This document shows positions 1 to 25,729 of a stretch of 64,000 bases of DNA, in pieces (the stretch's first letter is position 1; every line of letters begins with the position of its first letter). Under the pieces are notes generated by a model. It was not told the origin of the DNA. It searched no databases and saw nothing but the letters and a program-made list of their open reading frames with translations. This DNA comes from the human T2T-CHM13v2.0 reference genome, Homo sapiens, in assembly GCF_009914755.1 (NCBI RefSeq), contig NC_060940.1, one strand, 5' to 3'. Made by a program: the position numbers and the translations under genes.

Positions 1-4792
<4,792 letters not shown>

Positions 4793-5120
4793 CTGAGGAG
4801 AAAAAGCCAGTATCAGACAAAAGCCAAGGACCTGAAACTAAAAACTACTTACGGTCCACCAGGTGTCAGTACCTAAAACATACTCAGGGCTCAGTTCCAC
4901 ATAGCCTAGGCCTCTTGGCTCCTCACTCACCCTTAGACACCTGAGGGCTGCAGCTCCCAGCCTATATCCCCAAATCCCGCCCACTGTGTTTCTGAACCTC
5001 CTCTGGCCAGGGTCAGGGACTGACTGGGGAGGGGCATCTTTCACGCTCACTAAATCCCTGACCTAGTACCCTGCTCTAATCAAACACCAAATGCAAGAAG
5101 AGGGGCCAAAAACAACTCAC

Positions 5121-5300
5121 TTTGGCACTTCTGGTCCAGGAAGATGCTGGCCAACTGTCCCTGATTGAGGATGTCCAAGAGTGTCTGCTGGGACTGGCCT
5201 GTCACCTGGGCCAGGGTCAGCCCCTCGGCAATAGTGGCCATGAAGCTCCCTTGGACCATGTTCACGATCAGCATCATCTTGGCTGCATTGCCCACTTCAC
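5121..5300 (-). CDS. GLYR1: GLYR1 exon 14 ([14 protein letters not shown]...DQKCQ)
   Basis: 180 nt, inside ORF 5080..5370; CAG/GTGAGT boundaries. Confidence 0.97.
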
Positions 5301-5583
5301 CTGCCCAGGGTAAAGACTCACGGTCACAGCCCAAGAATGCCACAGACAGGGCTTCTCTGTCCACCCTCACCTCTGCTCAGACCCACCTCTCTCCAGGGGA
5401 GGCCCCCTTCACCTGCCCCCGACAGACTGGCTCTTCCTCCTTCCACGCACTGACTATGCAGGTGAAAGGAAACCTTCCCCAGGGTCCCCGGCAGAAAGGC
5501 CGTGTGGGACTGACGCTGTCATCAGTGTGAAACAGAGGAGATGTGGCCCCAGGCTCCAGGCCTGACAGGTGCAGGCGTGTTAC

Positions 5584-5746
5584 CTAGGAAGAAGGAGGTC
5601 TTCCCCATCGCCTGGAAGCAGCTGCTGCAGTCCTCATATAAGCCCCTGTCTCCAGCCGCTAAGATCACCAACATCCCGTCATTAGACAGCTGCTGATTCC
5701 CTGAGACGGGGGCTTCCAGAAAGCGCCCCCCCCTGGACACAATCAC
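5584..5746 (-). CDS. GLYR1: GLYR1 exon 13 ([16 protein letters not shown]...SFFL)
   Basis: 163 nt; beta-HAD substrate motif (D/E)APVSG; CAG/GTAACA boundaries. Confidence 0.97.
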
Positions 5747-5987
5747 CTGGAAAGAAAAGTCACAGCTTCTGGAGGCCTCCCCTCTCCCAGCGCTCTCTGG
5801 GCAGGACTCAAGGAGTGTTGCTGAGTGGCCACGGCTGCTCATCACCTTCCAGAGCTGGAGGGGACGGCCACCCATACCAAGGTCCTTTAGCTGACACCTA
5901 AACTCAGGAGCTAACCATGTGCAGGTCACACAGGCCGAATCACAGCAGTGATGAGACGCTGGGGTCTCCACACAGGAACCCAACTGA

Positions 5988-6758
<771 letters not shown>

Positions 6759-7234
6759 ACTGGAATTTCTTAGAGACCAACAACTAGAACCAGATGTGAC
6801 CATGTCAATGGCTCGGCTGAACACACACCTCCCCTGTGGATGCTGCCCTCCCCTCAGAACATATGTGGGTCCCAAAGTCCCCACTCCCTTATTTGGGCCA
6901 GATGCTCGGGGAGGAGGGATGCTTTGCCAGTGTCAAATGCAGACAGCTGCTCAAACCCCAATGCCAGGCGGGCGGCCTGGGTTGCTTCTCATCATAAGGC
7001 TGGCAGCTCCAGGACTTGATGCCCATCCCAGCCATGCAGCGACTGCCCATGGCTGTTCAGACTAGCTGCGGTTTGAAGGTGGAGCACGGGATAGGCTAGT
7101 CCCAAGGCTACTCGCCTCTCCTCTTCCCTCTCTGGCTTTGGCTCTAGAGTAACTTAACTGCCCACTCTTGTAAGCCTGGGTCTTGGGCTCTGATAGAAAA
7201 GATGCTGGAGAGCCAGCCCAAGGAAGGCTGCTAC

Positions 7235-7336
7235 CTGGGCCAGCTCAGTGACGGTGTCAGCGTCCACTGTTGACATGTCCACGTAGCACTTCCCAGGGCG
7301 GATCCCTTGCAGCACACCACTGGGGCCCAGCACCAG
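7235..7336 (-). CDS. GLYR1: GLYR1 exon 12 (LVLGPSG...YVDMST...ELAQ)
   Basis: 102 nt, inside ORF 7154..7348; D-x-S-T motif of the beta-HAD family. Confidence 0.97.
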
Positions 7337-8034
7337 CTGTGGGGACACAAGGGAGAAGCAATAGCCCAGGCTCCCGGGCAGATGCTCAGGAGCCCTACAG
7401 ACCTCAGATCAGAATCCTGCTGCTGTTTTGGCTCATTTCCTGATTTCTATCAGCTGAAAAGGGAAGAACAATGAAATAAGCAAGGGATAGAAAAGTACTT
7501 CCCGCATGCTCCCATTTATCTTTAAAAAGAATCTATGTGAGTGTGTGCATTTCTTTTTATTTAAAAAAAAAAAAAAACAAACCCCATTTAAAAGAATGAA
7601 CCTCAGCATTTACTTTGGGGACTTCTTTGGATTTACTTGGATTAGGCTAGTCACCAGTTTAATAAGATGACTACCGCACTTGAACTTCTAAAATATACAA
7701 ATACAGTGACAGCTAAACATAGAAGCTTGGCACCTGGACCAAAGGCACATTCAGTTCCAAAGCTTCTAGTTCAACAAGAACACATGAAGCCTGTTCAAGA
7801 CACATTTCAGCACAGACTTCAAGGGCCCTAGTAGTGTTCATTCTTTGATCTGAATTAAAGGAAGTCTGTATTCAATTAATGCAAACACCCTTCACAATGG
7901 GAGATGGCCCCTGATGGGAAATTCAGCCCCCCACATGTGGACACTCACTTGGTGTGCAGGGGAGGAGGGGAAGAGGCCAGCCAGCAATCCTGGCTGTGAC
8001 CCGGAGTTGCTGAGGGGAGGGAGGGGGTCCTTAC

Positions 8035-8145
8035 GTCCTTGGCCGCCTTGGGATCCGACACGCAGGCGAAAGTGATGTCGCAGGTTGAGACGACTTCAGC
8101 GGGGGTTCTTCCCAGACGGGCCCCCTCCTGGATGAACAAATCACA
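8035..8145 (-). CDS. GLYR1: GLYR1 exon 11 (CDLFIQEG...DPKAAKD)
   Basis: 111 nt, inside ORF 7945..8151; CAG/GTAAGG boundaries. Confidence 0.97.
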
Positions 8146-8610
8146 CTGCAAAAGTCACAGATCCTAACGTGAGCTGCAGGCAGTGCACAACAAACATGCC
8201 AGCCAGGCCAGAGAATTGCTGACCAGGCCTCCTGGCGGCCTACCAAGGCAGGAGGCTGAGGCCGGGAGCCTGGGTCATGGAGATAGGAGCCCAACTTTTG
8301 GGGAAGTGCACGGGGCCTTTTACTGGCCATCTTCAGTTTTTGCATGACGAGTGCCTAGGATGATGAACTGCTTCACAAGTGTCTGCTGAAGGTATGCTGT
8401 TTCAAGAATGGGGTATGAACAGTAGCACCTCTCCCCAGCCCCCGCTGTGCTGTCCTGGCTGTGGCCCTGAGCTATCAACACTCTGCTGGGAATGTGGGGA
8501 TGTCGCTGGAAGCCTTCCACCTGGTGGCCATTCGTTTTTGGGTTGTTTCTCAACACTGTTGTCAGGTTAATAAGACTTCTGGAAGTGCCTAAAAACACTA
8601 CCATTTTGGC

Positions 8611-13801
<5,191 letters not shown>

Positions 13802-14472
13802 TAATATGGCAACTGAGAGTCCTTCACACTGTGTCTCAGACAAAATGGAAATGTGGATTAAGGTGGGTTGGGCAACAACAAAACTGGTTGGTTTTGATGC
13901 TGGCTTCATACTCTTTTATTAAAAGTTTGACTAATGGGCCAATAAATGTGTTGGGTAAAAACATCAGGACTCTGTCCTCACCCTATCCTGATCATTTTTT
14001 TATTTTTATTTTTTTAACACAATCCTCCTCCCCTTTGTTTGCACCTAATATGCCCTTATCTCCTCCACTCTACAGAGACAAGTTCACCAAAAATAACTGG
14101 TAGCATTAGTGATTTAAACAGTACAAAAATATCATGTAAAAGATGCACTGTTTTTAGTCTGGGGAAGACCATGTGAAAGGTACAAACTGGAAACTGACTT
14201 TAGCTAACTTGCTCCAGAGAACGTGTTTTCCTAGAAAAGGTATCTTTTTGCCAACAAGACTCTGCGGAGGAGACATGCCTACAGAGCAGGCACAGAGGCA
14301 AGGCTGGGCGCAAGTTGGGTCTGGGAGCATGTCCAGGATCGCCCCACCCACACCGGGCAGGGTGCAGGACAGCCAGCAAGTGCTCAGTGAGGATCCCCAA
14401 GCACTTTCATCTCCCTTCCCCCACCTGCCCCACCATGGCCAATTTTGGGGCCTCATCATGATTCTACTCAGC

Positions 14473-14622
14473 CAGTGGTTCTCACAGCGTAGCTCTGACC
14501 AGCAGCAGCAGTATACCTGGGAACTGGTTAAAAATACAAATTCTTGGGCCCCACCCGGACATATTGACTGAGAAGCCACCTTCCAGGTGACTGTCAGGCA
14601 CAGGAAAGTCTGAGAACCACTG
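14473..14622. mobile_element. MER5A-like hAT-Charlie MITE
   Basis: Perfect 12-bp terminal inverted repeats CAGTGGTTCTCA...TGAGAACCACTG and the typical internal 'acctgggaact...aaatacaaattcttgggccccaccc'. Confidence 0.85.
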
Positions 14623-14876
14623 AGCCAAGTGCTCCTTGCTCTTGAGTTCTGGAGCCAAAAAAATCCCTCAGCTTATGCCCAAGGGAGACCCGACCACAGA
14701 TTTACACAGCTTTTGACTCCTGTCTTTATCGATAAGAGTTACAACATCCCCCCACCTTTTCCATTCAATGCCAGCAATGGCTGGGACACAACCCTTAAAG
14801 AACCCCCCTGGGGTCACCTTCTCCCCACCCTCAGCAGAACCAGAGCCACTGGAGGCCTTTTCATCAAAGGTCCTAC

Positions 14877-14950
14877 TTTTTGTCTGTGGGTGTGATGCTG
14901 CCATTCACGGCTGTGCTGTCAGCTGCCTGGATGGAGGTGGAGCCAGTTTC
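14877..14950 (-). CDS. GLYR1: GLYR1 exon 9 (ETGSTSIQAADSTAVNGSITPTDK)
   Basis: 74 nt after a 93-nt intron; TAG/GTAGGA boundaries. Confidence 0.95.
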
Positions 14951-15043
14951 CTACGGACAGGAAGCACACATCATCAAGTCAGTCTGCCTGCAGTTTAAGG
15001 CCCCAGGTGAAAATTAAAATGGGGAGGCATGGAGCCTACATAC

Positions 15044-15094
15044 CTCTTCACATATTTTCAACTTCTTCGTGATTGCCTGGTAACAGACAGCTGG
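15044..15094 (-). CDS. GLYR1: GLYR1 exon 8 (PAVCYQAITKKLKICEE)
   Basis: 51 nt, phase 0-0, TAG/GTATGT boundaries; internal in-frame CAG acceptor at 15077-15078. Confidence 0.94.
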
Positions 15095-15559
15095 CTAATG
15101 AAGGAGGAGGAAAGAGACTACTTGTGCTACTGCAGGCTTAACCAGTCTTCATAATAATCCCCTCAAAGGTTAGACCCAAAGTGGGAAGTTAACATCAACT
15201 ATTTGTTTTATACTTTAGTGAACTCCAAATTTTACACTAGAAAGTTCATACACATTACCTCATTCAAGTCCCCATGCAATTCTACCAGGTCTTTTTGCTG
15301 ACCATGGTGTTGAGAATAAGAGTCATAAGCTTGGAACCCACATCTATCCAACTCCAAAGCCACAAACTCTCATGAGATCCTAGCACGGCTCAGGCCACCC
15401 CATAACCTTGCAGACCTTGGGAGGACCTCCCTCTGCATCCGCAGGACTTGGAGACTACCTCTTGGAGTGAGCTTGAAGATGTGTCTGCCATGCAATTTCA
15501 TGGGGTGCTGACAGCTTACGATGTTTGGTTTCTGCCCTAAACTCTAAAGGTCACTGTGA

Positions 15560-16185
<626 letters not shown>

Positions 16186-16371
16186 TGGATTTACTTTTAA
16201 TCTTAACAATGCTTGGCTCATTAGCGGGCCCATATGGGGGCTTCTGGGCTAGTTGTTCTGGGCAATACACCGGCAGAGCCTAACTTTTCAGATGGCCAGG
16301 CCAGGACCCAGTGGAGGAGCACTCCTTGGCCAGCCCCTGACCAAGGGCCAAGAGCCTCAAAGGCAACTCAC

Positions 16372-16428
16372 CTTCTCTGTTTGGCTTAGCAGGAAATGAT
16401 GGAAATGAGGATCTGCATCTTTAACAGG
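16372..16428 (-). CDS. GLYR1: GLYR1 exon 7 ([19 protein letters not shown]; LSD2/KDM1B-binding linker)
   Basis: 57 nt, phase 0-0, CAG/GTGAGT boundaries; residues 209-227. Confidence 0.96.
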
Positions 16429-17317
16429 CTGAAACCAGAAAACAGTGAAATAAAACCAGTTATCTCCCACCAAAGGTCACTTCCTTCTCCCTGGTAACTG
16501 GACTCTCCTCTGGCTGCAACACCTCTGGATTCTGGTCTCTTTTTCACAATTGTCTGGAAACTCTTTTCCCATTTTGGCCTAAGCCTTTTTATAAAAACAA
16601 GCCCCATTCCAGCTAGAGGAAAACTGGCTTTAAAGTGTAAAAGAATAGATGATTCTGCTAGGTTGGTACACAAATTATTCCAATGAGCCTGTGGGAAAAT
16701 ATTAACAAGCATACCTGTGCTTTATAAATTCGGTACTTATCAGGCACAGCAGATAACCCAGCAAACTAAGTCACATCTATTCTGGAATTTCAGGGTTTTG
16801 GCCTACTTGTGTCTGGTACCAAGCCCTTGGCGATCTCATCTTACTGAGCATATTAACAGAAACAGAGTAGCCACGACAGTGGACCTTCATGGGCTTTCCA
16901 TAATTATGCCCAGCAACAGGTGTAGCCGCACCAAGGATAATAAAACTAAACATAAAAGTTGTATTTATGGACAATAAGAGGGTGTTTATAAAATATTAGG
17001 GGAAAAAAACTTGTGGAATCATCCCACTTTTGTGAAAAAGAACCCTGCCCAAAATAAAAAAAACTAGACATAGGTCTATAATCATGTAAATGAATGCTAA
17101 GTGGGCATCCCAAAGGACTGAAATCCGTCACCTCGAGCCTCACAGTGCTCACCCTAGAGGGAAATTTTTAATTTTTTATTTCATAGACTTCTGTACTGTT
17201 TTGTAATAATAAATTAAGCCTCACACACAAGAAAGGGACAAAAAAAAAAAAAAAAAGGATCACACAGGAACCTCGCCCTAAGCCACAGCTTGTCCTGCCT
17301 GCAGGAGAGCTCCTTAC

Positions 17318-17404
17318 CTCGCTTGCGGTTGGCTGCCATTTAAACGCGGCCATCGGTCCGGCCATCATCCCCTTCACGGTACTAGACTCCGGGATGGTGA
17401 GATC
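17318..17404 (-). CDS. GLYR1: GLYR1 exon 6 ([29 protein letters not shown])
   Basis: 87 nt, phase 0-0, TAG/GTAAGG boundaries. Confidence 0.96.
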
Positions 17405-17728
17405 CTATAGAGGGAGGGGCAGGGCATTTTAAAATCACATTCAAACCCCAACAAAACCCCTTGCAAGCTCCACAGTCTAAGGGAAAGTTCAAGCCAATCC
17501 CCAACCACTGTTCTGATGACCGTCCCTCGGGAGAAACAAGCCAGTTCTTCCCATTAACACAAAGTGAGTCTTTCTTCTCAATTCTGGAAATAATAAAATG
17601 TGTACTTATGTCTAAATTTCACAAAGATGGAGGTAATTAGAAAGCCCAAGTACGATCTGCAGTACTGTCTGCAAAGTTTCAGAGTAAATGCCTTATGGTG
17701 AATACCAAACATTAAGAAACAGTTGTGG

Positions 17729-18037
<309 letters not shown>

Positions 18038-18359
18038 TCAGAAGGAATCCGCCATATTTCAAAGAAACGAATAAAACCACATGGGGCTGATGAGATCTGC
18101 CCACATTTTACAGCTATCATGACAAAGGCAGAATTAAACTCCAGGGTGGCCAGAGCCCAAGAGCCTGAGTTCTCCTGAGACGGACACAGGAGGACATGGT
18201 GAGATGAGAAGCTCCTCTTCATCGATGGCCCGGCTCACCTTCTTCCTGGGCAAAGGGTCCTCTTTCCAGTTTTAACACTGGTCTGGTCCCTCTCGACTGC
18301 TCTGATGTTACCTTGCACTCCCTTTCCCCAGTCACTCCCTTCCAGCCACAGTGGCCCTC

Positions 18360-19540
18360 TTGACACCCCCTGCCTAAACTACTCCTGAGGTTTTCTCAGT
18401 CTTAGAAAACGCCTGCTCCATTCTACTAGGCCGATATCTTTAGAGCCCTTCTTGACCCCTCTCTTCTCTAATCCACTGACAATGAATGGGGCTTTACAGT
18501 TGGCGATCTGCCCAACCCCTTCTTCTCACCATCCCTGCTACTAATACCTAAGCTCAGGCCACCTGGACAATTGCAAAAATAAATCTCCCTGCTTCCACTC
18601 ACAGTCTAGTCTCTACACAGCAGCCAGAGTCAGCTACCAAAAGGGCCAATCAGATTATGATGCTTCTTTGCCTTAAACTGCCTTCCAGTCTCACATAGTA
18701 AAGCTACGGGCTTCATGAGCATGGTCTACAGGGAGGGTCTTGCAAGTTCTGCCGTCTCCCACCCATCCCACGCCAATCTCCAACCTCAAGTCCTATTTCT
18801 TCCCCCGTCACTGCTCTCTAGCTCGTTAGCACCCTGCTGGCTTTCCCCCCCGCACCAAACACACCAAGCATGTGCCTGCCCTGGCACCCTTGTGCTACTT
18901 GGAACGTTCTTCTGACAGTTATCTCCTTGGCTCAGGCTCGCTTTGGGACTCTGCTGAAATGTCACCTTATCAGAGTGGCTTCACCTGACCTCTTTTTATG
19001 TTTGCCCATAGAACATGATGCTGATGTGGATTATAATGAGAACAAATGCCTTCATAGGGCTTACTATGTGCTAGACATCACAATAAGTCCTATTTTATAC
19101 ATACATTCTCATGTAATTCTTGCCCCTTCATGAAACAGAATTATTATCATCTTCTTTTTTTTTTTTGAGACGGAGTCTTGCTCTGTAGCCCAGGCTGCAG
19201 TGCAGTGGCACAATCTTGGCTCACTGCAACCTCTGTCTCCTGGGTTCCAGCGATTCTCCTGCCTCAGCCTCCTGAGTAGCTGGGACCACAGGCGCGCGGC
19301 CACCATGCCCAGCTAATTTTTTGTATTTTTAGTAGAGACGGGGTTTCACCATGTTAGCCAGGATGGTCTCGATCTCCTGACCTCGTGATCCGCCCGCCTC
19401 GGCCTCCCAAAGTGCTGGGATTACAGGCGTGAGCCACTGCACCCAGCCCTATTATAATCTTCTTTTACAGAATAGAAAACTAAGGCACACAGAGCTTAAG
19501 TAACCTTGCTTAAGGTCACCGAGTCAGTCACTGGTGTGGT
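18360..19540 (-). mobile_element. L2 remnant followed by a MIR interrupted by an AluY (19154-19447)
   Basis: L2-like 'ctacacagcagccagagt' and 'aaatgtcacctt'; MIR core 'gaaaactaaggcacacagag...taaccttgc.taaggtcac'. Confidence 0.7.
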
Positions 19541-21024
19541 AGACACAACTTATTTATTTATTTGGAGGCATAGTCTAGCTGTCACCCAGGCTGGAGTGCA
19601 GTGACTCAATTATGGCTCACTGCAGCCTCAACCACTTGAGCTCAAGTGATCTTCCCACCTCAGCCTCCTGGGTAGCTGGGACTACAGGTGTGTGCCACTA
19701 CGCCCAGCTAATTTTTTATTTTTATTTTTTGTAGATGTATTATTTATTTGCAATTATTTGTTTTCTGTAATTTCTAATTTTTTGTTTTTATAGGGTCTTG
19801 CTATGTTGGCCAGACTGGTCTCTAACTTCTGGCCTCAAGTGGTCCTCCTACCTCGGCCTTCCAAAGTGCTGGGATTATGGGAGTGAGCCACTGTGCCTAG
19901 CAGACTGACAGAATTTGGCTCCAGGGTCTGTCATATTAGAAGCACATCCTAGAAAAGCAAGAACTCTGCCAGTCTGGCCTACTCTACAACCCATGCTGCC
20001 ATACAGTCCAGGTTCAATTCTTACTGAAGGAGCCTCGTCTGACTTTTATGCTGCTTTCTCTCCAGGCATTTGGCCTATAGGAGAATTACTCAATAAACAT
20101 TTGTTGAATGCAGAGGTTTTTGGGGGAAAAGAAAAGGCCCAGCCCAGAGCTGCCCAAAAGAATATTCTGCAATGATGGGCGTGTACTCCATCTGCACTGT
20201 GTGATAGAGCAGGCGCCAGTCAAGCGTCACTGTGGAGCATCTCACACAATAGGGTGATGGAGAAGCTGCATTTTAATGTGCATTTAATTTCAATTTAAAT
20301 GGCCAATTGTGGCTGGGGCAGCACAGCTGTCTTGGGTGGTGCAGCCCTAGGACTCACCTAAGGCCACAATGACCCAATGGAAACAAGGAGGAGGCAGCTT
20401 GTAACTCTCAGTTTGGCACTAAGGAAGGGCCCCAACTCCTAAACTTCTGCTCCTCGTGTGAGTATGGGATTTTGGGAGAGTCACAGAACTAACAGCGCTA
20501 CTTTGATCTGGGTGGGCTGTGCCCAGAGTTCATCCCCAGAAAGAGGGTAGGTGGGCGCTGCTGGGGTGCAGCTCTTACATGCAGGTCCAGACGCAAACCC
20601 AGCCTTTCCCTGCCTGCCTCCGCCATCAAGGTCAGCTTTTTCCATTAATCCTCACGGGGCAGGAGATTATGTCCCGGAATGGCACTCAGCTGGGCTTTGC
20701 CCAGTTATCAGCCTATGTGACTGCTCAGTGTTTCTGAGAGGAGCTCGCCAGCCAAATGACAATTACTATAGCAACACACACACAAACACCCTCCTCTGAG
20801 ACTACGGGATGTATCGCATTTAAAACACACCAAAATTCCAAAGCCCAGGCACCGACTCCCTACCTGTCTGAAGGTGCTGAACTGAAACGGCTATCTGTCC
20901 TGTACCACATGCCAGCTCTGTCCTCTCCTGCTCATACGTCCTTTCACTATGGGCCAGGTGAAGCACAAAGAACAGGCAGGAAGGACACCTCGAAGGGTCA
21001 ATAGCAGCTAGAGCTCCTGGACCA

Positions 21025-22017
<993 letters not shown>

Positions 22018-22689
22018 ACACTACTCCCCAGATTAATAATTCAGACCCAAGGGCTGTCTGCAGTTTATTGGGAGCTCGTGAGACGAGTTCCTGTAAGCCT
22101 GGGCAGTGGCCTCTGGGGTTCTCACTGTACAAACGGCCAGTGTCTGCGAAACAAACCTAAAGAACTGATCAAATGCCTTGTACACAGGCACTGTTCTAAG
22201 TGCTGTGTCCATGTCACTCATTTAACTAACACAGTGAACCTAGGAGGCACGTACTGTTGTAATTCCTAACGATGAGACAAGGAAACTGGGGCAAAGGTGC
22301 TTTGCTAAGGTCCTATATACGTGATTCAAACTCCAGGCCCTCGTCATAACCTCTCCTTTGTACTTCCCTTTATCCAACGAGAAGGTATTTCTTTCCAGGG
22401 TGGCACAGGCACCGGTGAGATGCATGGCTTCACATACCAGACAATATCAATTTGGGAAATAGCATAAAATCTGACAGCCCAGATTCCTTTTGGATTCCAG
22501 GAAATAAACTCAGAAGTCACATTACATTTTTTGTGGGTCAATTTAGATCATGTTCCCTATAAAGTTCTCTCTGCACTGCAGCTGGCAGCTTTTCCAAACC
22601 TTGGGCTGACGGTATGCAGGGACAGCACTGCCACCCTTGCTCTCACCACTCCCTCAGCCTGAGGTCATCTAACAGTGAGAAGGGCTGTC

Positions 22690-23905
<1,216 letters not shown>

Positions 23906-24299
23906 TAGAACCCTGTGGACAGAGCATGACCTCCCCAGACTCCCTGACCATGGCCAGCCCTGCTGCTCTGAGCACCAAGGCAGGTCAGCTGGGGTGCCTG
24001 GCACCCGTGCCACTGCTTCTTAGGTCCAGTCAGCTACAGTTGCTTCCATTACCTGCCTGGGCTCGCTGGTGTCTGAATTTTTGAGCCTTGATCCAAGGTC
24101 TAATGTTCCATCATGGCCTCGTCACCCAACTGTTGCTGCCAGCCATCTGGCTTCTGTTCTCTTTATCCTGCTGTTGACAATCCTACCGCGTTCCTGACAC
24201 AGTCCCCTTCACTTTGAAATTCTTCTCTGTGGCCTTGTAAGACCGGCCCCAAATCTTGTCAGCAAGAAGGCGAGAGAGGCACTCTCACTGCTTTATCTC

Positions 24300-25080
24300 A
24301 TCTTGCTAGCTCCTCCTGCTCCTTACTGCCCCAAGCACGGCATTCTTGTGGCAATGCAGGCCTCCGCGCTTCCCTCTTCTCCCTCTCTTCCTGAAACAAA
24401 CCCATTCCACTGCCCGGACTCAACTACCCTTTTACAAATTCACCTCCCAAATCTACATTTCTAGTCCTGAGGTCACACCAAGCTCCCAGGCTGTCTAGGC
24501 CTTGCCTCAAGTTCTTGACATTCCAAACAGAACTGGTACTCTTTCTCCACAAGCCACCTCTACATCCCCAGTCCTCTACTTTTAAGAAAGTGATGACCAC
24601 TTTCCCAGGAATGAAGATGGAAATCCTCTTTTCCTTTTTCTCATTCATCCTCTATATAACCAATTATGGAATCTTAAGAACTCTTCCTCTGAAGTGCCTC
24701 TCACCTCTTTGCTTGCAACATTTGCAATTACCCCCTTATGAATGCACGCCTAGACTTACCTCCTAATTGGCTCTGAGACTTTCCCCTCTGCACTCGGTGA
24801 CTACTGGTGCACACACGGGAGGCACACACTGCCACTGGCTCAGTCACCTTCCCGGGCCCCCACTGACTCCAAGACGCTTTAGTACCACGCTGCTTCAGTA
24901 GACCTTCAGGCCCTCCACGATCCAGGGACAAGCTTCCTTTTTCTCGGCTTTCCTCACTATCCTCTCCCTGTTCGAGAGTATCTCCACCAGCACCGAGCCT
25001 CACACGGGCTGTGCCCTCCATCTTTGGAATGCCTACCCTTCTTTCTTGCTAAGCCCCTCCCAGGGCCAGCCCTTGTGCAC
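24300..25080 (-). mobile_element. L2 remnant
   Basis: Degenerate L2 3' region ('cccaaatctacatttctagtcc', 'ttccaaacagaact', 'ctcctaattggctct'). Confidence 0.6.
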
Positions 25081-25477
25081 CGGCTCAAGTGGACTGCTCT
25101 CCTGCCTCGCGCTCCTACTTTACACCTGCATCCAGGCCGTGTCTCTCACCTGGTCTATGGGATTCTTTATTTTTTAATTTTTTAAATAAGATTCGGGGTC
25201 TCACTCCATCACCCAGGCTAGAATGCAGTGGTGCAATCGGCTCAATGCAACTTTGAGCTCCAAGGCTCAAGCCATCTTCCTGACTCAGCCTCCTGAGTTG
25301 CTGGGATAAAGCATGAGCCACCGCACCTGCCCTGCAGGATTCTTGAGCACAGAATTCTGCTCCCACTCCATGAGCAGAGTATAGATAAGCATACTACATA
25401 AGCATACTGTAGAGCTTAACTCTACCTTGTACTAAAAGGACATCACTAATCCCGGAAGCTGCAGAGAGAAAACAAAC

Positions 25478-25720
25478 CTTCTCATCCTTTGGGGGCCGAC
25501 CCCGCTTCCGGGGACTTTGCTCTTGGGCTCTTTTCAGAGGGGATTTGGAGCCTCTCTCTGAAGAGCCTGAAGACACCCTCTTCTTTCCTTCTCCCATGTT
25601 CTTCTTCACCTTCCCTTCAGACAGGCTAAGTTTGCGCTTCTCATCACCTGAGTTTGGCCTACTTCTCTCCTCACTGGAATTACGTCGATTCTTGTCATCA
25701 GAAGAATTGTGGGATGACGT
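25478..25720 (-). CDS. GLYR1: GLYR1 exon 5 (TSSHNSS...[12 protein letters not shown]; AT-hook)
   Basis: 243 nt, phase 0-0; AT-hook RGRP; overlaps ORF 25394..25609. Confidence 0.97.
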
Positions 25721-25729
25721 CTGAAAGTT

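Noticed and set aside
18170-18320. Strong-looking donor AAG|GTGAGC (18238) in GLYR1 intron 5
   Set aside because: No convincing upstream acceptor defining a plausible exon
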